A stretch of DNA of 64,000 nucleotides from an uncultured Actinomycetes bacterium (GCA_963834415.1 CAWIBP010000004.1:7077-71076), one strand, 5' to 3'; numbered from the stretch's first letter, positions 10,730-21,000 are shown. The notes: a model not told the origin generated them from the sequence alone. Numbers and translations: made by a program.

Positions 10730-12717
10730 GGCTCGGCCGGTGGCTCGTCCCGCTCGCGCTCGTGCTCTCCCTCTGCTCGGCTCCCGCCGCCTCCGCTGCG
10801 ACCTGCAGCGCGCGTGCGAACGGCTCGTGGACGATGCCCTCGACCTGGAGCTGCGGCACCCCGGGCGCGCTCCCCTCCGCCGCGGACGCGGTCGTGATCC
10901 CGGCCGGGCGGACCGTCTCGGTGAACGACGGTGCGACGGTCGCGGCCGGCCCGCTGACGCTGAGCGGCGCGCTCGAGCTGGGCGATCAGTCCGAGGTCGA
11001 CGCGAGCGACCTGACGACCGGCGGAGGCCGGATCAGCGGCCCGCAGTACGCGATGCTCGTCGTGACGGTCGCGAGCGGCGACACGGCGGTCGTCGATGCG
11101 GCCGGCCTGACGATCGACGGCGCCTACCTGAACGTGACCGGCGCCGGCGTGCTCGCGATCGCCGGGCCGCTCGCGCTGAGCGACGGCGGCTGGGTCGAGA
11201 GCAACGTCGACGCCACCTGGACGGGCACCGCACCGTGGCGGGTCGGCGGCTCGCCCGCCTCGCCGAGCTCGGGCTTCCAGGTCTTCGGCGCCCAGCTCAC
11301 GATCTCGGGGGCGACAGCCGCGCAGCTGACGAGCGGCGGCGGCGACGGCGTGCTCCAGCTCGACGGCGGGGCCACGCTGCTCAAGGCGGACGCGACGACG
11401 TCGAGGCTCGACCTCGCCGTGCTGATCGACGGAGCCGAGGTGCGCGTCGGCGCCGGCACGCTCAGCGGCCGCTTCCAGGGCGCCGGCGCGCTCGCCGTCG
11501 AGCCGGGCGCGACGCTGGCGCTGGCGGGCACGGACATCCAGGTCGCTCCGCCTGCGATCGACATGGCCGGCGGGACGCTCGAGGTGGAGGCCGGCGCGAA
11601 CCTCGCGCTGGTGCTCCCCGGCGCTCCGCTCCTGCGGCGGCTCGCGCTCGCGGCCGGCGCGAGCGCCGACATCGGCATCGAGGACGGCAGCGCGGGCCCG
11701 GTGACCAGCGAGGTGGATCCGCCGGATGCGCTCGCCGACGAGATCGCGATCGCGGCCGGCGCGACGCTCGCGGTCGCGGGCGGCGGCGGGACGCTCGCGC
11801 TCGCCGATCGCGACGTGCTGAGCGGCGCGGGCACGCTCGACGCCTCGCTCGAGAACGGCGCGGGCACCGTCGCCCCGAGCGGGGCGCTGCAGGTGACCGG
11901 CGACTACAGCCAGGGCGCCGGTGGCACCCTGGCGCTCGACCTGCGCTCCGCCGACGACGGCGACAGACTGCGCGTCGACGGGCGCGCCGTGCTCGCGGGT
12001 GCGCTCGAGGTGCATACCCGCTACGCCCCGGCCGCCGCGGCCGCGCCGCTGGTGCTCAGCGCAGCGGCGAAGCCCGCGGGCGCGTTCGCGAAGACGACCG
12101 CGCCCGTCGGCACCGGCCACGCCTGGACGCCGTCCACCACCGCCGCGGGCGTGGTGCTCGCACTCACCGCGAGCGGCGGCGCGACCGTTCCCGCGGGCGG
12201 CCTCGCCCGCCCGCAGCTCGCACCGGCGATCCCCGTCGTCGGCGGCCGCACGCGCTGCGTGACCGCCGATCCCAAGGCCGTGACGTATCAGTGGCTGCGC
12301 GCCGGCAAGCCGGTCGTGGGCGCCACGAAGGCCCGCTATCGCGTGACCGCGGCCGACGCCGGGCGCGCGCTCGCGTGCCGCGTGACCGCCACCGCGGCCG
12401 GGCACGCCACGGCGACGAGCAAGCGCGCACGTGCGCGGCTCGGATTGCGGATCGGCACGCCGCGCGCGGCGTCGCGCGGCGGCGTCACGGTGCGCATACG
12501 CTGCAGCGGTGCCGAGCGGCGCTGCACCGGCACGCTGCGCGTGCTCGTCGCAGGCCGCCAGGTCGCGGGCGGCCGCTTCGCCCTGCGCGCGCCGGGCGGC
12601 GTCGTGCGGCTCGCCGGTGCGGAGCAGCTCGCAGGCGTGGTCGTCGTGCGCGCCAGCTACCGCAACGGCAAGGGCGCCGCGCGCGAGCTGACGCGCCGGC
12701 TCGCGCTACCCGTCTGA
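10726..12717 (+). CDS. secreted Gly/Ala-rich beta-strand-repeat surface protein with C-terminal Ig-like domain
   Basis: Signal peptide ending APAASA; NGSWTMPSTWSCG..PSAADAVVIPAG start; GTVAPSG.LQVTGDYSQGAGGTLALDL passenger-like repeats; YQWLRAGKPVVGATKARYRVTAADAGRALACRVTA. GTGA overlap with the GGDEF stop. Confidence 0.7.
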   Translation: MRLGRWLVPLALVLSLCSAPAASAATCSARANGSWTMPSTWSCGTPGALPSAADAVVIPAGRTVSVNDGATVAAGPLTLSGALELGDQSEVDASDLTTGGGRISGPQYAMLVVTVASGDTAVVDAAGLTIDGAYLNVTGAGVLAIAGPLALSDGGWVESNVDATWTGTAPWRVGGSPASPSSGFQVFGAQLTISGATAAQLTSGGGDGVLQLDGGATLLKADATTSRLDLAVLIDGAEVRVGAGTLSGRFQGAGALAVEPGATLALAGTDIQVAPPAIDMAGGTLEVEAGANLALVLPGAPLLRRLALAAGASADIGIEDGSAGPVTSEVDPPDALADEIAIAAGATLAVAGGGGTLALADRDVLSGAGTLDASLENGAGTVAPSGALQVTGDYSQGAGGTLALDLRSADDGDRLRVDGRAVLAGALEVHTRYAPAAAAAPLVLSAAAKPAGAFAKTTAPVGTGHAWTPSTTAAGVVLALTASGGATVPAGGLARPQLAPAIPVVGGRTRCVTADPKAVTYQWLRAGKPVVGATKARYRVTAADAGRALACRVTATAAGHATATSKRARARLGLRIGTPRAASRGGVTVRIRCSGAERRCTGTLRVLVAGRQVAGGRFALRAPGGVVRLAGAEQLAGVVVVRASYRNGKGAARELTRRLALPV

Positions 12718-13275
12718 GGCGGCCGCATCCGGCGCCGGCTGCCCGGCATCCGGACCCCACCACGGTCGCAGCGGCGGCAGATCGCGGTTGCGCTGGTCGA
12801 TGGGCATGGGCGTCTCGCCGTCATCGTCGGCGAAACGCCGCAGGTACTGGTCGGGCAGGATCCCCCAGCCGTCGTAGGCCGTCGGCTCCGCGGGCGCGTC
12901 GCCGAGCTCCTCGAGCGGATCGATTCGCCCCTCCGCCACGCGGCAGACGTGCAGCCAGGCGTCGCCGGGGTCGAACTGGTAGACGAAGACGTCGCCGACG
13001 GCGAGCCGGCTGAGCCGCGAGTTGCCGTTCAGCACCCGCTCGCTCTCGCCGCTCTCCCACTCCGGATCCTCGGGTGCGACGTAGACGTGGCCCGCGAGCT
13101 CGAACTGCCACAGATGCTGGAGGTCCCACCGCCCGAACGAGACGTCGATCGCGGTCGCGAGCTGAGCGAACGTGTGCGTGCGCGCAGCGGCGAGCACCCG
13201 TGCCGGACGCGGCCAGAAGCGGTAGCCGGCGCCCTCCACGAGCTCGACGGTCAGCGAGAGCCACGTCCTGGCCAC
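12706..13275 (-). CDS. plasmid pRiA4b ORF-3 family protein
   Basis: HTFAQLATAIDVSFGRWDLQHLWQF and FVYQFDPGDAWLHVC match the family's H-L-x-x-F and YxYDFGDxW-like motifs. Confidence 0.75.
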   Translation of the reverse strand: MARTWLSLTVELVEGAGYRFWPRPARVLAAARTHTFAQLATAIDVSFGRWDLQHLWQFELAGHVYVAPEDPEWESGESERVLNGNSRLSRLAVGDVFVYQFDPGDAWLHVCRVAEGRIDPLEELGDAPAEPTAYDGWGILPDQYLRRFADDDGETPMPIDQRNRDLPPLRPWWGPDAGQPAPDAAASDG

Positions 13276-13349
13276 GCGGCCACGGTACCCGCTCTCGCCG
13301 GTGCGTGCCAGAGCTGCGCGCGGCTGCCTCTGCTACCTCTACGAGTCTG

Positions 13350-14365
13350 ATGGGAGCACGGATACCGGCAGTCGAGGTCGCGAGCGTCGCCGTCTCGTTC
13401 GGCGCGACGCGCGCGCTCGACGGCGTCGACCTGGTCGTCCCCGCGGGCACGGTGCAGGGTCTGCTCGGGCCGAACGGCGCGGGCAAGACCACCCTCGTGC
13501 GCGTGCTCGCGACGCTGCTGCGCCCCGAGGCCGGCAGCGCGCGGGTGTTCGGCTGCGACGTCGTGCGCGACGCCACGCGCGTACGCGCGCTGATCGGCCT
13601 GGCCGGCCAGTTCGCCGCCGTCGACGGCACCCTCACCGGCCGCGAGAACCTCGAGCTGGTCGGCCGGCTCTACCGCCTCGGCCGCAAGGAGGCGAAGCTC
13701 CGCGCGAGCGAGACGCTCGAGCGCCTCGCCCTGACCGACGCGGCCGACCGCGTGGTGCGGGGCTACTCGGGCGGCATGCGCCGGCGCCTCGATCTCGGCG
13801 CCAGCCTCGTCGGCCGCCCGCGCCTGCTGATCCTCGACGAGCCGACGACCGGCCTCGACCCGCAGTCGCGCAACGACGTCTGGGCGTTCATCCGCGAGCT
13901 CGTCGAGGACGGCACCACCGTGCTGCTGACGACGCAGTATCTCGACGAGGCCGACAACCTCGCGGGGCACATCGTCGTGATCGACCACGGCAGGGTGATC
14001 GCCGACGGCACCCCGCGCGAGCTCAAGGCCCGGCTCGGCGGCGACGTCCTCGAGCTGCACCTCGAGGACGCGGACGCGCTCGCGCCGACCGCCGCGGCGC
14101 TCAGCGGCATCGGCAGCGGCGAGCCGAGCATCGACCGCGCCGACCTGCGCATCACGTTGCCCGTGCACCAGGGCGCGAGCGATCTGATGAGCGCCGTGCG
14201 CCGGCTCGACGAGCAGGGCATCGTGCCGAGCGACGTGAGCCTGCGCCGCCCGTCGCTCGATGACGTCTTCCTCGCGCTGACCGGCCGGGGACGACGCCCG
14301 ACGAGCCCGCGGCCGGACCCGCGCCGCCGCAGGGCCGGCGCGGCCGCGGCGGGGACGCGGCATGA
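13350..14365 (+). CDS. ABC transporter ATP-binding protein, DrrA family (3' end frameshifted)
   Basis: GPNGAGKTT; YSGGMRRRLDL; LILDEPTTGLD; LLTTQYLDEAD; RRPSLDDVFLALTG. Confidence 0.93.
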
Positions 14366-15162
14366 GCGCCGCCGGGAGCGACGACCTCCCGCCCGCACGG
14401 CTCCCGGCCTCGGCCGCGTTCACCGACGCGCTCGTGATCGCGCGCCGCAACCTGCTGACGATCATCCGCACGCCGCAGCTGCTCGTCTTCTCGACGATCC
14501 AGCCGGTCATGTTCGTGCTGCTCTTCCGCTTCGTCTTCGGCGGCTCGATCAGCGTGCCGACCGGCAACTACGCGAGCTTCCTGCTGCCCGGCGTGTTCGT
14601 GCAGACGGTCGTGTTCGGCAGCACCACGGCCGCGGTGGCGCTGGCCTACGACCTCAAGGGCGGCATCATCGACCGCTTCCGCTCGCTGCCGATGGCGCGC
14701 TCGGCGGTGCTCGCCGGTCGCACCGCGGCCGATGCGGTGCGCAACCTCTTCGTGATCGTGCTGATGGTGCTCGTGGGGTACGCGGTCGACTTCCGCTTCG
14801 AGGGCGGGGTGCTCGGCGCACTCGGCGCGATGGGCATCGCGCTGCTCTTCGGCTACGCGTTCTCGTGGTTCTTCGCGCTCGTCGGCATGCTCGTGCGCGA
14901 TCCCGAGACCGCGCAGGTGGCCGGCTTCGTGCCGCTCTTCCCGCTCGTCTTCGCGAGCTCGATCTTCGTCTCGCCGGCGACGATGCCGTCGTGGCTGCGG
15001 GCGTTCGCCGAGCACCAGCCGATCACGATCGTCGCCGACGCCGTGCGCGGGCTCTCGCTGGGCACGGCGACGACCTCGGACGTCGTCACGGCGCTGCTCT
15101 GGATCGCGGCCATGCTGCTCGTGTTCGCGCCGCTCGCGACGTGGCGCTACCGCAAGGGCTAG
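14362..15162 (+). CDS. ABC-2 type permease, DrrB family
   Basis: QPVMFVLLFRFVFGG; GIIDRFRSLPMARSAVLAGR; TMPSWLRAFAEHQP; about 6 TM segments. Confidence 0.93.
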   Translation: MSAAGSDDLPPARLPASAAFTDALVIARRNLLTIIRTPQLLVFSTIQPVMFVLLFRFVFGGSISVPTGNYASFLLPGVFVQTVVFGSTTAAVALAYDLKGGIIDRFRSLPMARSAVLAGRTAADAVRNLFVIVLMVLVGYAVDFRFEGGVLGALGAMGIALLFGYAFSWFFALVGMLVRDPETAQVAGFVPLFPLVFASSIFVSPATMPSWLRAFAEHQPITIVADAVRGLSLGTATTSDVVTALLWIAAMLLVFAPLATWRYRKG

Positions 15163-15187
15163 ACGATAGTGAGTCTCGGCTACCATC

Positions 15188-15646
15188 GTGGCCGTGAGCT
15201 CTCACGTGGATCCCGGCTGGCGCGCGCACGCGCAGGCGACGCTCGAGCGCGAGGGCTTCCGCGCCGGTGCGGCGCGCGGGCGCGTGGTCGACGCGCTGGC
15301 GCAGAAGGACTGCTGCGCGACGGCTCAGGAGATCGCCGACGAGCTGCGCGCCGACGACGCCCGCGTGGGCATCGCAAGCGTCTACCGCGCGCTCGAGGTG
15401 CTCGACCGGCTCGGCCTCGTGCACCGGCTCGACGTCGGCGACGGCACCGCGCGCTACGAGGCCGCGCATCCCGGCGGGGAGCACCACCATCACGTCGTCT
15501 GCAACAGCTGCGGGCGCGTCGAGCAGTTCTCCGACGACGGTCTCGAGCAGGCGATCGCGACGCTCTCGACGCGGCTCGAGTTCGCGATCGACCAGCACGA
15601 CGTCGTCATGCGCGGCACATGCCCGGCCTGCGCGGCGAGCGCGTGA
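15188..15646 (+). CDS. Fur family regulator, probably Zur
   Basis: VGIASVYRALEVL HTH; HHHHVVCNSCG; C-terminal GTCPAC; adjacent to a Zn/Mn ABC operon with a Zur-like box. Confidence 0.9.
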   Translation: MAVSSHVDPGWRAHAQATLEREGFRAGAARGRVVDALAQKDCCATAQEIADELRADDARVGIASVYRALEVLDRLGLVHRLDVGDGTARYEAAHPGGEHHHHVVCNSCGRVEQFSDDGLEQAIATLSTRLEFAIDQHDVVMRGTCPACAASA

Positions 15647-16017
15647 GCGACCATCCCCGCTACGTCGGCCGCGACGCCCGCTACGTGCCTTCGCCGTCGT
15701 CCGAGGCCCAGCCGCCGCTCGGGCCGGACGCCTTCTTCACGCTCGCGGAGTCGGCCGAGGCGCGCGACGCCGGAAGCGTGCCCCATGCGCGCTCGGCGAC
15801 GCAGATCACGCTCGATTGCGCCGTCGAGTGCGGCGCCGACCCGGCTGCGTACCTCGCCGCCTACGACGCGTGGACGCGCTATCCGAACCGGCTCGAGCGC
15901 ATGGTCACGCGCCCGGGGCTGCGACGCCGGCGCAGGGAGGATCTCGAGCAGCGCTTCGCCGCGGCGCTCGTGGAGCTCGGCCGCGAGATCCGCGAGCGGC
16001 GCGCCGCCGGCGCCTGA
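15643..16017 (+). CDS. hypothetical protein
   Basis: GTGA overlap with the Fur stop; 124 aa open frame with plausible codon use; no family recognised. Confidence 0.55.
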   Translation: MSDHPRYVGRDARYVPSPSSEAQPPLGPDAFFTLAESAEARDAGSVPHARSATQITLDCAVECGADPAAYLAAYDAWTRYPNRLERMVTRPGLRRRRREDLEQRFAAALVELGREIRERRAAGA

Positions 16018-16018
16018 T

Positions 16019-16852
16019 TCAGGCCGGCGCGCGGCGCCGCGTGAGATCGGCGCAGAGCGCCAGCAGGTAGCCCGCGACGAGGCACAGCGCGATCGACGCC
16101 CCGCCCGCCGTGCCCGCGTAGTAGGAGACGTACAGGCCGGCGGCCCCGCCGGCGATCGCGACGGCCACGCTCACGCGCACCATCGTCCCGAGGCGGTTCG
16201 TGAGCACGCGCGCGCAGGCCGCCGGTGCGACCAGCACCGCGACCACGAGCAGGCTGCCGAGCGCCTGGACGCTGACGACCACCGCGGCGGCCACGAGCAG
16301 CATCACGACCAGCTCGACGGGGCGCGGCGCGATGCCGATCGCGCGCGCCGTCGTGCGGTCGAAGCCGACCGCGAGCAGACGCTCGTGCAGCACCCACAGC
16401 AGCGCGAGCACGGGCAGCGCGATCAGCGCCGTGACGACGAGGTCGCGACGCGAGACCGCCAGCACGTCGCCGAACAGCAGCTCCTGGATGCCCGGAGGCG
16501 AATCGGGCATCAGCGCGAGCAGGGCGCCGAGCCCGAACGCGAACGTGACCACGACGCCCACGGAGGTGTCGCGATCGATGCCGCGCCGCTCGCCGACGGC
16601 GGCGATGCCGCTCGCGGCCGCCCCCGCGCCGACGGCGCCGCCCGCCACCAGCGGGAGCCCGAGCAGCGAGGCCCCCACGAGGCCGGGGAACATGCCGTGC
16701 GCGAGGCTCTCGGCGCTGTACGACACGCCGTACAGCAGCACCCAGCAGCCGAGCCAGCCGCCCACGACGCCGACGATCGCGATCTCGATCAACGCGTGCT
16801 GCATGAACGCCTGGCCCCAGGGCTCGCTGAGCCAGCCCCAGGGGTCAGACAT
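16019..16852 (-). CDS. Zn/Mn ABC transporter permease (ABC-3, ZnuB/MntB-like)
   Basis: AESLAHGMFPG; ELLFGDVL; VSVQALGSLLVVAVLVAPAA; strongly hydrophobic. Confidence 0.92.
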   Translation of the reverse strand: MSDPWGWLSEPWGQAFMQHALIEIAIVGVVGGWLGCWVLLYGVSYSAESLAHGMFPGLVGASLLGLPLVAGGAVGAGAAASGIAAVGERRGIDRDTSVGVVVTFAFGLGALLALMPDSPPGIQELLFGDVLAVSRRDLVVTALIALPVLALLWVLHERLLAVGFDRTTARAIGIAPRPVELVVMLLVAAAVVVSVQALGSLLVVAVLVAPAACARVLTNRLGTMVRVSVAVAIAGGAAGLYVSYYAGTAGGASIALCLVAGYLLALCADLTRRRAPA

Positions 16853-17621
16853 GGGCGTCGCCGTGATCGTGCTCGTGGTCGCAGTGGTGCGCGGGGAGGA
16901 TGCCGCGCGCCGGATGCCCGCCGGCTCCCGCCTCGACCTCGACGATCGCGCCGCCGTAGGTCGCCTCGAGGACCGGCGTCGTCAGCACCGCGGGCGGCCC
17001 GAAGGCGATCTGGCGACGATTGAGGCAGAGCACGCGATCGAAGCCGCGCGCCTGGTCGACGTCGTGCGTCGTCACGAGCACGCCGCGGCCCTCGGCGGCG
17101 AGCCGGTCGATCAGCGCGGCGAGCACCTCGGCGCTGGCGGCGTCCACGCCCGTGAACGGCTCGTCGAGCAGCACCAGCTCGGCATCCTGGACGAGCGCGC
17201 GGGCCACGAGCACGCGCTGGCGCTGGCCGCCCGAGAGCTCACCGAAGGCGCGCTCGGCGCGGTCGGCGAGACCGACCTCGGCGAGCGCCGCCGAGGCGAG
17301 CCGGCGCTCGGCACGCCCGGGCCGGCGCCACCAGGGCAGGCGCGAGACCGCACCCATCAGGGCCACGTCGAGCGCCGAGACCGGGTAGTCGAGCCGCGAG
17401 CGCTCGGTCTGCGGCACGACGCTGCAGCGACCGCCGAGCTCGAGCCGGCCGCCGAGCGGCGTCAGCTCGCCGAGCAGCGCGCGCAGCAGCGTCGACTTGC
17501 CGCCGCCGTTCGGGCCGAGCACGCCGAGGCGCTCGCCCGGCTCGACCGTGAATGCGAGCCCGTCGAGCACGGGCCGCCCGCCGTAGCCGACGGCCAGCTC
17601 GTGGGCGGCGACGAGCGTCAT
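16845..17621 (-). CDS. Zn/Mn ABC transporter ATP-binding protein with His-rich tail
   Basis: GPNGGGKST; LSGGQRQRVLVARAL; LLDEPFTGVD; C-term HHCDHEHDHGDAHV. Confidence 0.93.
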   Translation of the reverse strand: MTLVAAHELAVGYGGRPVLDGLAFTVEPGERLGVLGPNGGGKSTLLRALLGELTPLGGRLELGGRCSVVPQTERSRLDYPVSALDVALMGAVSRLPWWRRPGRAERRLASAALAEVGLADRAERAFGELSGGQRQRVLVARALVQDAELVLLDEPFTGVDAASAEVLAALIDRLAAEGRGVLVTTHDVDQARGFDRVLCLNRRQIAFGPPAVLTTPVLEATYGGAIVEVEAGAGGHPARGILPAHHCDHEHDHGDAHV

Positions 17622-19376
17622 CCGATGCCCGCGATCTCGCAGCCGCGCGCACCGCTCGTGAAGCCGCGCGTCATGGCGTCTGCATTCGCATGCTCCATCG
17701 CAAGATACGTCGCCCCGCTCGAGTCGCCCGGCCCGAGCGTGTCGCCGTAGAGCGTGTAGTCGGCGCGGGCACCCGTCTCGCGGGCGATCTGCTGCGCGAG
17801 CTTCTGGCTCAGCGAGCTCTCGGGGAAGACGGCGCGCACGCCCTCGCGCCGGACGAGCTTCACGAGCTCGGCGATCTCGCCGGCCGAGGACTGGGCCGCC
17901 GTCGTCTGCGACGGGATCACGGCGCCGATCACCTCGATGCCGTAGCGGCCGGCGAAGTAGCCGAACGCGTCGTGGTCGGAGACGAGCTTGCGCTGCGCCG
18001 CGGGCACGCGCGCGAGGCACGCCTCGATGCCCGCATCGAGCGCCTCGCAGCTTCGCCAGGTAGGCCGTCCGCATTCGCGCGGTAGGTCTCGGCGTGCGCG
18101 GCATCGGCGGCGATCAGGGCGTCGCGGATCGCCGCGACGGCGGCGATCGCGTTGCGCGGGTCGTGCCACCAGTGCGGGTCGTGGCGCGACGCCTCGTCGC
18201 CCTCGCTCTCGCCCGCGCGGTGCACGGGCACCTTCGCGCCCAGATCGACCACTGCGGGCGAGCCGCCCGCGTTCGCGATGACCGTGCCCATCCAGGCATC
18301 GAGACCGTCCCCGCTCGCGAGCACGACCGCCGCATCGGCGACCGCCTTGACGTCGGCCGGGCGCGGCTCGTACTCGTGCGGGTCGCTGTTGGGCTGCAGG
18401 ATCTGATGGACGTCGGCCGCATCGCCCGCCGACGGCGCGCGCCCAGTCGCCCAGCTGCGTCGTGGTGGCGACCACGTCGATGCCCGCGCTGCGTCGAGCC
18501 GCCGCCGCCACAGCCGCCGAGCGCGAGCGCGAGCAGGGCGGCCGCGCCGACGAGCGCCGCCCGTGTGCGCGCGACCGCGGCGATCTGGTGCCACGCGAGC
18601 GACACGACGAACGCCGCGCCGCCGAGCACTGCGATGGTCGGCCCGGGCGGGGTGTTGAGCTGGACGGAGAGCCACAGGCCGGCGATGCCGAGGACGGCCG
18701 CGAGCGCGACCGAGGCGAGCTGCCAGACGGGCAGGCGCTGCGTCCACAGGCGCACGGTCGCCGCCGGGACGATGAAGAGCGCGGCGGCGAGCAGCGCGCC
18801 GATCGCCGTCAGCGACGCGACGACCGCGAACGCGATCAGCACGAGCAGGACCGCGTCGGGCCACTGCGAGCGCAGCCCCATCGCACGCGCGGCGGCGGGA
18901 TCGAAGCCGCGCGCCAGCCAGCGCGGCCCGAGCGCGAGCGTGGCGGCGAGCGCGGCTGCGCTGGCGAGGCCCGCGAGCACGAGGTCGATCGTGTCGGTCA
19001 GCAGCAGGCTGCCGAAGAGCAGCGAGTCGACGTTGCCGCCCGACTGGTACACGTCGCTCGCGAGCACCACCCCGCCGGCCAGGGCCGCGACGAGCACGAG
19101 CGCGGTCAGACTGTCGTAGCCGGCACGCGGCCGGCGCGCCAGGCGCTCCACGCCGAATGCGAACACGAGCGCGGCGGCGAAGGCGCCGAGCGGCGCGGCG
19201 AAGCCGATGCCGTCGGCCAGCACGAGGCCGGGGAACGCCGCCGTGCCGACCGCGTGGGCGTAGAACGAGAGGCCGCGCATGACGATCCACGTGCCGAGCA
19301 GCCCGGCCGCACCGGAGAGCAGCAGCACCTCGAGCACGCCGCGCTGGACGAACTCCAGCTGAAAGGGGTCGAGCAC
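17618..19376 (-). CDS. apparent fusion of metal ABC permease and ZnuA/TroA-like substrate-binding protein, frameshifted in the SBP part
   Basis: Permease (YAHAVGTAAFPG, SLLFGSLL) runs in frame into LALALGGCGGGG. SBP motifs follow: VVATTTQLGDW, DPHEYEPRPAD, DPHWWHDP, HDAFGYFAGRYG. Confidence 0.8.
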
Positions 19377-19386
19377 GGGCAGAATC

Positions 19387-19408
19387 TAATCGATACTCAT
19401 TCCCATTA
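19387..19408. promoter_or_regulatory. Zur/Fur-like operator overlapping the -10 of the metal ABC operon
   Basis: AT-rich imperfect palindrome TAATGGGAATGAGTATCGATTA (minus strand) resembling actinobacterial Zur boxes. It overlaps TAGATT, which lies 6 nt before GTG 19376. Confidence 0.7.
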
Positions 19409-19470
19409 CAAGTGGGAACCACCACGCACCCTCTCCCCGACGGCGGCTCGGCCGGCCGGTATATTCCGGT

Positions 19471-19594
19471 GGCGCGGTGAGGGCCGCGCCCCGTCCGCGG
19501 GCAGGGCCGAGCCCACCCTCGTTCGCTCGGCGGTGCGCTGGATCCCTTCTTTCCAGCCCGATCGCGGACGACGGGCACGCAGGAGAGGAGGCCC
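19471..19594 (+). ncRNA. candidate structured cis-regulatory 5' leader RNA
   Basis: -10 TATATT at 19460-19465. Four perfect stems: 19471-77/19484-90, 19492-99/19563-70, 19506-12/19525-31 and 19537-42/19552-57. Loop complementarities are described under findings. Confidence 0.6.
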
Positions 19595-21000
19595 ATGACC
19601 ACGCCACTGCCCGCCAACCCGAGCATGGAGCAGCTGCGCAAGCAGGCCAAGGAGCTCGTGCGCGCGCGCGAGAAGCAGGCCCGGCCGCTGCGCCTGAGCG
19701 ACGCCCAGCGCGAGGTCGCGCGCGAGTACGGCTTCGCGAGCTGGCCGCGCCTGAAGGCGTACGTCGACCGCGTCTCGGCGCACGGCCCGCAGCTCGCGCA
19801 CGCCTTCGTCGACGACATCGGCTACTACGAGGAGCGCGCCGAGGGCCTGCGCAGCGTCGTCGCGAGCGGGCTCGCGAACGGCATCGCCGTCGTGCGCGCC
19901 CACCACCCCGCGCTCGCCGCCGCGCCCGAGGCCGAGGTGCGCGCGATCGGCGCCGCCGACGCCCGCCTCGTGCTCGCGCGCGAGCACGGATTCGAGAGCT
20001 GGCACGCCTTCCGCCGGCACGTCGGCGGCCTGAGCGAGAGCGGCGAGCCGTTCCGGCTCGCGTTCACGGCGATCGAGAGCCGCGATCGCGCGGCGCTCGC
20101 GACGCTGCTCGACCGCTTCCCGGGACTCGTCGCCGCGCGCGGCACCAACGGCAACGACCTGCTCGGCCTGGCCGCCGGAACGACGCGCGACCGCGCGATC
20201 GTGCGCGAGCTGCTCGCCCGCGGGGCGGATCCGAGCAGCGCCAACGACCGCGGCTGGACGGCGCTGCACCAGGCCGGCTACAGCAACGACGTCGCGCTCG
20301 CACGGCAGCTGCTCGAGGCGGGCGCGCGCACCGACGTCGACGGCCACGGCGAGGGCGGCACGCCGCTCGCCGCCGCGCTCTTCTGGGGCAACGTCGATGT
20401 CGCGACCGTGCTCGCCGAGCGCGGAGATCGCCCCGCGCAACCTGCGGATCGCCGCCGGCCTCGGCCGGCTCGACCTGATCGACGAGCTCGTGGGCGCCGA
20501 CGGGAGCCTCGGCGAGGCCGCCGGGCGCGGCGCGCGGCTTCTACCGGCCGCACACCGGCTTCCCGCTCTGGGCAGCCGTCCGGCGATCCGCAGGAGATCC
20601 TCGACGAGGCGCTCGTGTGGGCCGCCAAGAGCGATCGGGCGGACGTCATGGGCCGGCTCGTCGAGCTCGGCGCCGACGTCGACGGCGATCCCTACCGCGG
20701 CACGGCGCTGACCTGGGCCGCGGCGGAGCGGCCACGTCGAGTCGATCGAGCGCCTGCTCGCGCTCGGGGCCGACCCGAACCGGCGCGGCACGTTCGGCGG
20801 CCCCGAGCACGGCCAGGGCGTCACCGCGCTGCACCTGGCGGCGCAGAACGGCCGGATGAAGGCCGTGCGGGCGCTGCTCGCCGGCGGGCGCCGACCCGGC
20901 GATCGCCGACGATCTCTACGAGCGGGCCGCCCGCAGGCTGGGCCGAGCACGGCGGGCCACCACGCGGTCGCCGCTCTTCCTGCGCGCACGCGGTGGCTGA
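19595..21000 (+). CDS. ankyrin-repeat protein with duplicated N-terminal 'EQLRKQAK...ARE[YH]GFxSW' domain, frameshifted (3' end approximate)
   Basis: Strong SD AGGAGAGGAGG; LPANPSMEQLRKQAKEL..DAQREVAREYGFASW; second copy DARLVLAREHGFESW; ankyrin motifs GWTALHQAG, GGTPLAAA, GTALTWAA and GVTALHLAA. Confidence 0.85.

Noticed and set aside
9796..12405. Long antisense and alternate-frame ORFs (this one and many Arg/Ala/Pro-rich ones)
   Set aside because: Shadow ORFs typical of very high-GC DNA; they have no motifs and overlap well-supported genes.
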